Of a DNA stretch of 64,000 nt, positions 13,301 to 23,900 are shown in pieces. Position numbers and translations under genes: made by a program. Position 1 is the first letter of the stretch; every line of letters begins with the position of its first letter. The stretch is from contig JAQGDQ010000066.1 in assembly GCA_030141605.1 (NCBI GenBank), positions 1-64,000 on the forward strand, given 5' to 3'. The notes below the pieces were generated by a model. The model was not told the DNA's origin. It searched no databases and saw nothing but the letters and a program-made list of their open reading frames with translations. The stretch is from Tubiluchus corallicola. Its lineage: Eukaryota; Animalia; Priapulida.

Positions 13301-16300
13301 AATAAAAGCCCAGGCTAAGAAACCTGAGGGCTGGCTCAGCGTTTGGAGACGCTGGCTTAGAAAGTGAAAGTTTTAAAATAGAGTACAGGTGTTCGCATTA
13401 GTGTAACGACCTCCTAAGTAGAATTTTAGAGAAAGTGAAAGTTAAGTGCCTGAGGGCACAAAAGGAGTCGTAGCGCATCTCTCAGCTAAGGTAGTGAACA
13501 GCGCAGTATAGGAAATGTAACTAGAAATAAGAAGACAGGTCAAGCGTGGTCGACGGAGTCAGGCAGGCCTGCTGACTCGTTGGACTACAGAGGGCAGCAC
13601 GCATAAGTGCAACTGTTAACATGGGACGCTGTGTTATATAGGGGTCACTGAAGAATACTGTCAAAGCTTGGTCTAGAGGAAAATAAAATAAAAATGAGGA
13701 ATACTTAAAGAAAAACCTAGGTAAATAATTTAAAAGGAAAAATATGTATAGTACGCAGTATAAAGTGAGGTTAAAGTAAAGAATAGTGGTTGGAATGAAT
13801 AGAATGCGAACAGATAGGAACCCGACCTATAAGTAAATAATAAAGCTTTGAGACATAAAAATAGTGGAGTATGCTACCGAGAGCAGTGTTTGCCAATCAC
13901 CGTGCACAGTGGTTAACATAAGATATAAGTAGCCATTGATAAAGGCCAAATATCTTGAGCATTGCTTCGGAAGTATAAATGTGCGCAACGCTATGTAAAA
14001 GAGAAAAATCCTTGATTCAAATAGAATTGAAGGCAACGCATGCGGGATAAATTTAAAGATTAAATTAGGTAGATCAGAAGCTGTTAGCGAGCGGTTTAGT
14101 ATAGTTATGAACTCTTGATATGCTTAACCTCTAATTGGGTTGGGAACTAATATCTGCCTACGCGCAGCAGATCTAAGGATGAATAGTAAGGCTGGAACTT
14201 AATAGCTTACTAATTTCATGAAAGAGGTTAGGGCTACTCTAGGGGGAGGAAAGTCCCCTAACCTGAAGAATAAGAGAATAATTAATTGAGTTAAACGTAC
14301 AGTGGGTCCAGACTTTTTCAAGGCTATGATGTTTTGGCCTATTTTTCAGAATATGGAATCCAGAATAGTGCTGTGGATGTTCGGGAGTCTCATGTTGGTA
14401 CTCTGTGAAGCCAATGTAGTAACGAGTCCCGGAGCAATCTTTATACGTAGAGGTGAAGTCCAAGTATCTCAATCTAGATGGGCCCTATTAATGCAATTGA
14501 ACATTAGCCCAGTTGAACTTTGCTTGGAAGCCTTAAAGCGAGAAATGATTATACTAAGAAATCATTCTTGGGACCCGGCTAAACGTGTGGATGAACCCCA
14601 CACTACCCAGTATCAGGAGGATAGGTTCCTGGAAGCCATTACAGTGTTGGTAAACACTACTGCTTCCACATATCTGGCTCAGATACAAGAGCTAGAGCAA
14701 AAGACGAGCGATATAGCGCATCTTCTGGCCTCTGAGAGAGCAGGAAACCGTCAACTATCCCCAAGCAAGGATAAGTCCAGGCTTGAACCTTCATCCGAAA
14801 TGAATCTAGACGGTTGGGCTAGAGGAAGCCGATCGAGGCGAAGCTTACTTCCCTTTCTAGGGAAAATCTCTAAAGCCCTAACCGGAACTGCAACCGAGGA
14901 AGACATACAAGCCCTGGCCGGAAAGCTAAATCTGATACAAGCCTCCCAAGAATCTATGCAGCACATCCTTGAAAAATCTGTGACTTTAATTAATTATACG
15001 CACATCCAGAGTCAGGAGAATACAAGGCATATAATGTTATTACAGAATGACACTGCCGACCTGAAATATAATTTAGCTGATCTTAAAGTGGAATTTGCAT
15101 ACCACGCCCAGATCATGACTCATGAGATGGTAGCTTTAACTGAAATAATGGCACTGATGCAGCGTATTTCCAATACAATGCGAAGGTTGACTGATAATGT
15201 GCATAAGACAATGGATATGTTGTCTACCTTATTGTTAGGCACAATGTCACCTCTCTTATTAGGACCTGCACAGTTGCGAGATACACTGTACGAGATACAG
15301 AAGGCATTACCTAGTACTTTGTCCTTACCGGAAAGGCCGGAAGGAGATTTACTATATTATTACGAGACTATGGAAGTCATGTTATTGGCTACAGCCGAAG
15401 GATATGCGGTGCTAGCCCTCATATCGCTGCAGCCTGATCAAGATAGGTTCGACTTATTTCAGATTGCACCTATACCAATGATAATGCCGAATTCTTCGGG
15501 CTATATTTACCTTGATCCAGGAAGGAAATATTTTGGTATCAATATAGAAAGAACGAAGTTCTTCTTACCCGAGAATCATGATACGGAGTTATGTTTAGAT
15601 AGGAGTAGAGAACCGTGCCAATTAAAAGTACCAGTAAGGTCAACTGCTTACGCAACGGCATGTCCAGCCGTGTTGTTTCATAACCGGCCCGATAAGACAT
15701 TAGAAGCCTGCGAGCGTAGGGTAAAAGTAATAAAACACCCAGAGGTAGTTGTGACCTATATTACTGCCGGGACTTGGTATGTATCTCCATTTAGTGAGAC
15801 TTTGATTACATATACCTGTCCAAGCCCTGGAACTAACAGAATAACATCCTCAGAAGAGAGGATTAAAAGAACCTAAATTAATAGTCATTGGGAATGGGTG
15901 TAAGGTACACTCAAGGTCTTTTGAGCTACCCACCTATTATTACCGGAACTCACAAATACGGATGAAAGAAGACCAAATTGAGTTGCCGACGAGTGAGATG
16001 ATTGAGAGGTTCTATAGAGAATTGAGTGAATTACAGAACATAACTCCCGGTACGGTAGATATGATCCCCGAATATGTGAAACCACAAGCACACCAGACTT
16101 GGGACCAATTCAATTTATCCTTAGACGACCTTAAAACCTCCATGGAACAAAATGGGGAACGACTTGAACGACAACGACAAGCGTTGAACGAGACGGGAGC
16201 CACAGATTGGCTAACGGGTTTTAGAAAATGGGTCTTAATAGGGGTTATAGTGGCCGTCCTCCTGATAGTAGGAGTAATCTGCTATTGGAAAAGGAGAAGT

Positions 16301-18394
16301 GGCCTTTTGGTTTTAAATTCTTTGATGCCTAGAATAGGTACTAGGTATACCAAAACCCCGACTGACGACGAACAACCTGTTAAGGTGACAAGACACATGC
16401 CCTCTGGGACTCCTGAAGAACAGGAACCCAGGGTTAAGGTTAAAAGGACTAGACAGCATGTTGAGGACCCTGAGGAGCTGGAGTTGAGGGAGATACCTCA
16501 ACCCGCTGCCCGAAAAACTAACCCGAGAAGGATCGAACGGGTCACAGAAATATAATTGAGGATGGACATAATACTAAAATTGTAGTTTAGTATATACATA
16601 ACAGGCTGGTAATATTGGATGATGGTAGAGGAACCACCCAATTAGGTATAGAGGGATCGATGTAAATAATTGTATAAGAAATGATATTTAATGAACTTAT
16701 GATACTGCAGAATGTATTTTATGTTACAGAATGATGGGACCATTGGAGATGGAAGGCGGGAAGAAGATGAAGTCGGTAAAGACAATAAGGGGTGTATCTG
16801 AGGAAGAATCTCAAGAGATCAATGGAATCACAACCCCGGTCCGGGAAGCCGAAGAGACTCGATGGACAATGGTATCCTGCCACCATGACCTCCAAGATGG
16901 AACGTCCCATAATATATTAAGATGTAACATGTAATATTGCTAATGTACCTAATTAAGGAGCTTCCAAAAGATAAGATCTTAGATCGGATCATTAAATGCG
17001 TGCTACATCTGAAGTGAGTGTTAGGGGAGGAAAGTTGTGGTGAATAAAATTATAAATCGATGATTTTCGATATTTTGGTATGAAATCGCATGCCTCCCTG
17101 ATTGCATGAATAAATTTAAAAATGGTGCAATGGAACTCATTCAGCTGTTAAGCTCGAATTTAATGAGCTGTGAAAGCGTAGGATGCAAGAAGTAAAATTT
17201 ATCGTTTACGTAAGGACACTCTAGGATGCTCAGGATAATTAGCTAATATTAGGTTGAAACGGGTGTACCATTTATTATAAGCTATATGCACAAGTTACTA
17301 GTAATTGACGAAAACTCTGCGAGGTCACTGTTTCTTGAAGAAAAGAGGACTGATGAGTTTTACGGGTTACGATGACTTTGTCCTCCCAGCTGTCCAATAA
17401 ATCTAAATGTTGCGTGCGACGTTGAAATCGTGCAAGGTTATTACGAGGTTACTTCGATGAGATATAAGCCATGAGTTCGAATAACCCAGCGCTCGTTCCA
17501 CCCGATCGTACTGGAAGAGACACGTGTGTGTGTGTGACGAATCACACAAGAGGGCTACTTGACAGAGGAGATTGGGACAACTTGAGAAGTTCAGCGTAGA
17601 CATCTTTCTGCGTTCCTAGGATAATCTAGGCACTGGACAACGAGAGTTTCATATCAACTATTGGAGTTGGCCAAATTGTACTGGGTACATTGTGGTCAAA
17701 TCCGCAGAGTTAAGTAATCTTAACACATTGGTAAACTGAGAATTAACTGTGCATATCTGTAGTTCGTACAAGTTCACATTGTACTATAGGATAAGTGTAG
17801 AGTACACCTTAGGTGATAGAATTGAAGAATTGTTCAGAGAGATACTTTTGGAAGCTATAAACTAGTTGTACGCGTCAAAAGCGCATAAGAACTAATCTTG
17901 TAAGCTATCTAGAAGCAGTAATTATTGTAAATCAATAAAGTAATTCTCTTTGACATTTAACGATTGAGTTAATGTATGATATTAGAGTGTTTAACTCAAG
18001 CAACACTATTTCCGATATACGAATCTGATTAGTTCGCTTTGAATTAACTAGCGCTCATATTGCGGGAGCGTTGCTAGGAAACTTGAGGGAAATAGACCTT
18101 TTCTCACAACGCGAAGGTCAAGGTGAAGTTTAGATAAGACGATCATTGCTTGCTAGACTAATATCTAAAGCCCTCGGAGCCAGGTGGAGAATTCGCCTTA
18201 TAGCAATTAGAAATTAAGTGGACATATTAAATTCAATCTATACGATATATAGATTTAAGTCACCTTACACTATACGATCAAGATTAACGGAAACATTAGG
18301 TATTTAAAATAAGAAGGTGATACTTGTCTAACGTAAATACGTACTGAACGAAGACGTAATAACATAACATAATGTAGTGTACGATATTAAACAT
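4358..18394 (-). CDS. Secreted single-domain C-type lectin (~157 aa), 3 coding exons
   Basis: Predicted exons: 18394-18341 (MFNIVHYIMLCYYVFVQY, signal peptide), 5311-5125 (AMSSTTCCPKGAKHYNGKCY...CRTKGGELVTIETAKENRFV) and 4590-4358 (WIGGTD..EGSWVW..W..NEPNN...EHC...WNDWDC...FLCE). Phases join to 474 nt if the 5124 donor is GC. The signal exon assignment is less certain than the two CTL exons. Confidence 0.82.
5418..6704 (+). repeat. 5' LTR of env-bearing element
   Basis: Direct repeat of 17036-18322 with about 17 substitutions counted by eye. Contains TATAA at ~5845 and AATAAA at ~6316. Confidence 0.97.
6707..6726 (+). promoter_or_regulatory. Primer-binding site, tRNA-His type
   Basis: TGGTGCCGTGA just after the LTR is complementary to the conserved eukaryotic tRNA-His 3' end (...TCACGGCACCA); 11-nt match from memory of the tRNA sequence. 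Confidence 0.8.
7063..8316 (+). CDS. gag: Gag with CCHC zinc knuckle
   Basis: Open ORF with first ATG at 7063, an MHR-like LRQKKNESLRQLVDRI and the knuckle CFKCQRPGHFAREC. Confidence 0.92.
   Translation: MSDPQEITEAQLESWIRTGSLPIGWLGGQSPEVQALHAVVLRRIRDSEQSAESAKDESKSDEQTAAQTSGAVPTLVDRASYLSSQIGTITDQWALCSALAELPKFTGQEIDCSERFRTWVQSITRRGFCILPDSQNAGGVCVRLAYMTVDGACAHYLDANREVWFTMNWNQFVTFLEQRYVNRAELTKHMIELKNLRQKKNESLRQLVDRIWYHARLAYRPSEIDQSLAQQFLTDVLIESLRNDQLRAKLIKHNTLTLEVAYARCREDENNHEIMRLKSRHVAHHLRVETPMEVGYVGSESESEGPACQLLLPRITEEPKQGPPENREMVPENRQGKQYPVGRKPPRDRPAPRQRPQIAGIGRQGMGRWWSQKPRRPTQADLCFKCQRPGHFARECHYTGPAVRGRVVGPRKQQENY
8304..8349 (+). promoter_or_regulatory. Putative -1 ribosomal frameshift signal (gag-pol)
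   Basis: G_GAA_AAC at 8304-8310, followed 5 nt later by the stem GGCTCCCA (8316-8323) / TGGGAGCC (8342-8349). pol is in the -1 frame. Confidence 0.7.
8304..13367 (+). CDS. pol: Pol polyprotein: protease, dUTPase-like spacer, RT, RNase H, integrase; one in-frame TAG at 10962-10964
   Basis: LIDTGA protease; YLDD RT; DAS/ERE/TDH RNase H. The frame continues through the stop (LLLS*QNAKIEYCPGNKNPADHYSR) into the integrase ORF 11031-13367, with HHCC and D-D-E motifs and a long acidic tail. Confidence 0.93.
14353..16555 (+). CDS. env: Env: class I fusion glycoprotein, baculovirus-F/errantivirus-like; one frameshift at ~15865
   Basis: Signal peptide MESRIVLWMFGSLMLVLCEA; furin site RSRR followed by fusion peptide SLLPFLGKISKALTGTATEED; heptad repeats; Cys-rich region; TM WVLIGVIVAVLLIVGVICYW-KRR; cytoplasmic tail. 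ORFs 14302-15876 and 15962-16555 join if one base is removed from the A-run at ~15863-15870. Confidence 0.9.
16731..16934 (+). CDS. Possible small accessory ORF (67 aa) between env and the 3' LTR
   Basis: ATG directly after an acceptor-like tattttatgttacag|A, the same arrangement as env. No recognisable homology. Confidence 0.3.
   Translation: MMGPLEMEGGKKMKSVKTIRGVSEEESQEINGITTPVREAEETRWTMVSCHHDLQDGTSHNILRCNM
17023..17034 (+). promoter_or_regulatory. Polypurine tract
   Basis: AGGGGAGGAAAG immediately before the 3' LTR. Confidence 0.85.
17036..18322 (+). repeat. 3' LTR of env-bearing element
   Basis: Runs TGTGGTG...GGTGATA; near-identical to 5418-6704. Confidence 0.97.
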
Positions 18395-18599
18395 GAGTGC
18401 ACGAAAGTCGTAATTTGTACACTGTTGTGTATCATATGAATTGGCCAGAAACTGAAAAATTAATGTAATACAATAAAATGTAGTGTAATGTGTAAGCATG
18501 CAGCTGCAATGCTGTGCAATGTGGGTTATTGCATTCAAACTACTGCGCCACGGAAGTTGTAACTTGTACAGCGTTGTATCTATCATGAACAGTCAGAAA

Positions 18600-18997
18600 C
18601 TGAAGATATAATGTAATGCAAAGAAATTTAGTGGAATTAATGAACTATTTACTGGGGGTGAGAACATCTACTTGTAATGATTTGGTGTACATAGAGTCCG
18701 GTTATCCGATCTTTAGGAGATGGCTAAAAATACCACAGCCCAAATCGTGGATGGCTTTGACAACTAATCAGGGAAAATATGAACCAGTGATGAATGCTTT
18801 GACTCTTGCTCTCTCAATGGACTCATCCTTGGCTAGTTATTTGTCTCGCTTGCTGTCGGATGACATCCAAAAATGGGCAACTGCTGAAAAACTTAATCTG
18901 GCTAATTCGCTAAGAAACAGCAATTCTTCAAAGCATGTTTCATAGTGTCAACTAAATCCTACACTCGGGACGACCCTAATTCCTCAAGAAACTTGGT
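18600..18997 (+). mobile_element. LINE ORF2 C-terminal remnant
   Basis: LLGVRTSTCNDLVYIESGYP resembles the post-RT motif of non-LTR elements; truncated by the gap. Confidence 0.5.
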
Positions 18998-19002
18998 NNN
19001 NN
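18998..19002. other. Assembly gap (5 N)
   Basis: nnnnn in the sequence; true size unknown. Confidence 0.99.
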
Positions 19003-20289
19003 TCCGTGACGTCAGTCTGGAATATAAGAACTACCGAGCAGCATTGCAACCCCTTCTAATATAGTTGAACTGTATTCTAGTATGATTTTTGTGTATGTCC
19101 TATACTTAGGCTCCATTAATAGCTTAGGTTAGCTAATTGCACCTGTTGATTGAATGAGTCATTAGTTAATTACTCATTAAGCGAATTTATCTACTACAAT
19201 AAAGCAAGTTGTGACTGTACATATATGAGCATGCACATAGTTAGCTCTGGGAAGGGTCCCACCTCATACCTGTCCTAGATCTCCTTTACAAGAAAGTAAG
19301 TGATTGGTTATACGCTCAACTGAACAGGCTATCTGGCCAATGAATCGTCGTGTTAAAGGACAAGGTCATCCAGTTTTACCTGTTCTAGAAATTGAAACTA
19401 GGTTCAACACAGTGTGTCGAACGTGCTAAGCCAGTGAAGTCGTCAAATATGGCTTCCGACGAAACATACATTAGCAATCGAAGTCAAGACTTAATTACTG
19501 TGGCGACAGAAAGTGATTAAAGGGCACTGACACACCAAAGGGTTAGGTGTTCGAGCCGTGAGGCGGAAACACCCATAAACTGGCTGTTATTCGTTATTCG
19601 TTATTGCTGTAAACGGAAGTTCAGGAGATCCGGTGCAGAAACAACCAGGTTATGACCAGACGTAGTACCAATGGTAGTTCCACGAGCTCCACGGGTCAGG
19701 ACTTCACTGCACACCACTAGGATTGGTGAAGTAACCAATTACGACTTCGGTACACCTGACAAGCGTTGTAGAAGTTACCACGTAAGATTCCACCCCCTGC
19801 TGAGGTTTGGAAGAGTACCTGCTCAAGATTCCACGAAGTTCGCATAACCGGTTAGTCACGTTATTCCAGCTTCCAGAGTGATGGAGAACGTCAAACGTTA
19901 GAATCCGACAGCTTCCGACTGCACTCACTACAACTGATAAGTATATTTACCTTACATCCTTCTCCCTCACCTGGGTTGGGGCTAACTAGTCTTCTGTTTG
20001 TCATGAGTTAACTAGAAACGTCGTTTATAATTATAACAAGTTTGTTATTGTTTTGATTTAAAGTAAATTGTTTTTACTTGTTATCTCATTAAACACAGAA
20101 TTTATCGGTATTATTAAAACCTGTTTTATTTGCTTCTATTCTGTATACATGCCTGTGAACTATGCTTAAATGGAAAGATTCACTGAACCCACGTGTCAGC
20201 ACATATCGGAAATTAGTAGCAAAAACGTGTTTGTGGTGTCGTAACGAAAGCGTCCTATATCATAGGTGGTACACCACACATATATCACA
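19003..20289 (+). repeat. 5' LTR of Gmr1-like element (first ~7 nt in the gap)
   Basis: Direct repeat of 26526-27821, ending in CA. Confidence 0.95.
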
Positions 20290-20291
20290 AA

Positions 20292-20302
20292 TGGTGTCAG
20301 AA
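20292..20302 (+). promoter_or_regulatory. Primer-binding site, tRNA-Leu type
   Basis: TGGTGTCAGAA lies 2 nt after the LTR and is complementary to the tRNA-Leu(CAA) 3' end ...TTCTGACACCA. Confidence 0.78.
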
Positions 20303-20933
20303 TTTAAAGTGGCTCTGCTGACATAATTTTTGTAAACAACGTTTACGTTTGTCTAGTGATAAATTATGTTCTTTTCCTGTTCGGCTAGCGTTTACAGACA
20401 CTGTAGCTTAAATTTGTCCTTTATTTGCAAATGACTAGACCGGTTTAGCTGTGTAAATTTTGCATGTACTTCCGCAATTATTTTGTTGGTCCGTCAAGGT
20501 TATCAGACCTTGGGCAGTTCAGTGATAAATAATTCCTGTTTATACTGCGCTAAAGAAGCCCAGTTCAATCTTGTTTTCAGTATATTGTATAGTATGTTGT
20601 CTGACATTAAGGTCTATAGCCAGTTTGCTTCGCTTTTTATCTTTGCACAATTTATTTACTGACTCGATCCTTGTTTACAGCAAGCCTTGAAACGCTTTGT
20701 TTGCGTCAGTTAATTAATATTACGTCATTGTGCTTATAGTTTATTTCTAATGAGCTACGGCGGAAGGCAGGTCCTGGCAGTCTTCATTGTCATTAGTAAA
20801 AACTACTGCGCACGTGTTTTGTTGGTTTTAAAACAGGAGTCATTAGACGTTGTATTGTAACACTTGCTTGGCACTTTGATAGCGCTCGTGGTTTAACAAT
20901 TTCTTGTTCCGGTTGTTTGCGTAATTGTTTATC

Positions 20934-23900
20934 ATGGAACCACGGCTGTACACGGAAACCGATCTTAAGCAATTAAACAAACCACAGTTAATTGAAGTAG
21001 CTAATACATTAGGGTTACTTTTAGACCCGAACAAGACAACTAAAACACAGTACATACAACACATTTTGCAAGCATATAAAACAATGGAACAAGGGCAACA
21101 ATTTTCAGACTTACCTCTAACACCGGGCCATGTAAAAGGTGTAAACGTTGACACTGTTCGTACGCCAGACGGAGTCGCTGGCGCCATTGAAAGGTCTACC
21201 CAGTCTTTTGTTTCAGGTCTCGTTGACCAAGGTCAAAGTACACGCCCAACGAACAAGCTCATAGTTTCGACGGGGACGCCTGTCGCTGCAGAGCTTCGCG
21301 GCGCTCAAGAACCTGGATCCGCCCCACAAAGGACTACTGTCGCACCAAGGCCAGTGTTAGGAGACGCTAAGGTGGAATCAAAGCCAATTAAGCTTCCTGA
21401 ATTAACCGCAGAGGCTTTATCTACCTTGGATGGCGAAGTCGCCAAAGAATTTCTCCAGTTGCAACAGCAAATTGTGCAACTAGAAATACGTAAACTTGAG
21501 GTTGCCCCCACTATTTCTTTGCATCAAAGTATGCCTGTGTTGAGCCCTATTGCTGCTTCCACCCCCACTGCACCTTCTTGCGCTCCTTGTAAACGCATGA
21601 AAGTGCGAACTTACTATGAAGACAAGGAAGATATACATGAGTTCCTGGACTGGTTCGAGACTTGCGCTGTTACAAATGGAATTGAAGAAGAATATTGGTC
21701 CGCGTGCATAGGGCCAGCTCTTACTGGCAGGGCAGCAAACGCCTACCAGCAACTTCCTCGAACCGACGTCAAAAATTATTCTCTAGTTAGAAAAGCACTG
21801 GTTAATGCATACATCTTGAGTACTGATGTGTACCGGAAACGTTTCAGAACTTTAGAGAAGTCAAAGAATGAAACATATCGGCAATTTTTCTTGAAGGTTG
21901 AACGAGCCTTAACTGATTATGTAGAGGCCATGGACGCTGTTGACTCTTACCCTAAGCTCTTCCAACTAACTGCCATGGAACAAATGATGAATAAGATGCC
22001 TACAGACTTAACTACATGGCTACGTCGAGAAGAACCTCAGTCAGGCATGGAAATGGCAACTCTGGCTGATAAATATGTTGCTTCTTACCAAGATATGGGG
22101 AGGAACCCTGATCACTTTAGGAGGCCAGACAAGTTTGCCACTAGACCCATGGTGAAGAAGCAGAGTGCAGCACCTACTACTAATGCAGGCCAAGGAGAAC
22201 CTCGAAGAATCGTCTGCTATGGCTGTGGCAAGCCAGGACACAGACGTTCTGAATGCCGATCGCCCTCTGGTACCAATGCTTTAACTCGAAACAAATTAGG
22301 GAAGTCGAATAGGCAGCTTTTCAGTGATGTGGAATTGACTCAAAGCGTCAATAATGAAAAATGGAAAGACATTCCCAAAGACACACTGCCATATATGTTT
22401 GAAGCTCTAATTAATGGCAACCCAATTACTGGACAACGTGACAGTGGTGCTAATGTGTCAATGCTGCATCCAAATTTTGTTAAAAAAGAACAGTATCTAG
22501 AACAAGACCAGAAGTCCCTGTTATGTATTCACGGACATAAGGCTCCATGTAAAGTGGCAGAGATAGAGATAATATGCCCTTCGCTAAATATATCTGGCTG
22601 TCTCACAGTAACCGTAGTAGATAACTTACCAGCTGACTTCCTGTTGGGAAACAATTACCTTTCAGCGCTGAAACCTTTGTCTTCAGAAACTGATGTTGAC
22701 CCTCAAAATAAACGGAACCAACTAGAAGCACCAGAAATGCAGGGAAGACCCCAAATTCCTGTGCCAACCACTGCAACTCCCATTGATGACACAAGGAACC
22801 TAAGTGAGACAGGATTTGCTGTGACAAGAGCTAAAGCTGCTAAGCTTCTGGCAGAAGCAAAACGTGATGAACAACTGCAGAAAGAAGTTTTTACTCCTGG
22901 AAATGCAGTGCAAAACAGTTTACTTGATATACCCTTAGAGCAGGTGAAAACGGAGCAAACTGAAGACGTCACACTTCGCAATCTGATTGATCATGCGGTC
23001 ACACTTAAAGAAGCGAGACGCAATGGTAAAGGCTATTTTCTCCGCAATGGCGTTCTGTACTACTTGTGCAAACAGCGGAATGCTTCTCCACCTCGTGAGC
23101 TTTTGGTTTTGCCAAAAGTTTTGCGGAAACAAGTTTTGGAACTTGCTCATGATGCTCGAACGGCTGGCCACTTAGGAATTAATAAAACGACACATCGTGT
23201 CCTACAGGAATTCATTTGGCCACATGTGAAAAGAAATGTTCGCCAGTATTGTCGTTCATGCATTGCATGTCAAAGAACTGCCAGAGTACGTAAATCTGAT
23301 AAAGTCCCACTTAAGCCATTACCCATTCCATCTCAGCCATTTTATCGTGTGGCTATGGATCTCATTGGTCCACTAGATCGCACTCCTGCTGGAAATAAGT
23401 ATGCGCTTGTACTTATTGACCATGCCACCCGTTATCCAGACTGTTATCCTTTGCCCAACATTGAAACAAAAACAGTCCTCCAGGCAGTATTGCAATTTTG
23501 TTGTCGGTATGGCATACCGCGTGAGATCCTTACAGACCAAGGTACACAGTTTACCTCTGCACTTACCTGTTCATTAGAGCAGGAGCTTGGCGTTAAAGGA
23601 ATTTATACCTCAGCATTTGCACCATCTACTAATGGGCTTTGTGAACGTTATAACCAAAGCCTGAAACACTCTATTCGACGTCTTGTACAAGATCGACCGA
23701 ATCTTCCCTGGGATGAAGCTGTACCCTTTGTCTTATTTGCCTATAGGGAGGTTCCTCAGGAATCTACAGGGTATTCGCCAAACGAATTAGTTTTCGGCTA
23801 TCCCCTCCGTGGTCCTCTCTCTATGCTGAAAGAGCGATGGGGCTGTGAAAAGCCACCAGCCCTCGAAGATGTGGATGAGTATGTGACTCGAATACTAAAT

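Larger units (their letters stand above)
5418..18322 (+). mobile_element. Full-length env-bearing Gypsy/Metaviridae LTR retrotransposon (endogenous errantivirus-like element)
   Basis: Two 1287-bp LTRs, PBS, PPT, gag, pol (PR-RT-RH-IN) and env. 4-bp target duplication CTTG at 5414-5417 and 18323-18326. Confidence 0.95.

Noticed and set aside
19704-19928. Antisense ORF repeated at 27181-27459
   Set aside because: LTR duplication; the stop position differs between copies, so there is no evidence of constraint.
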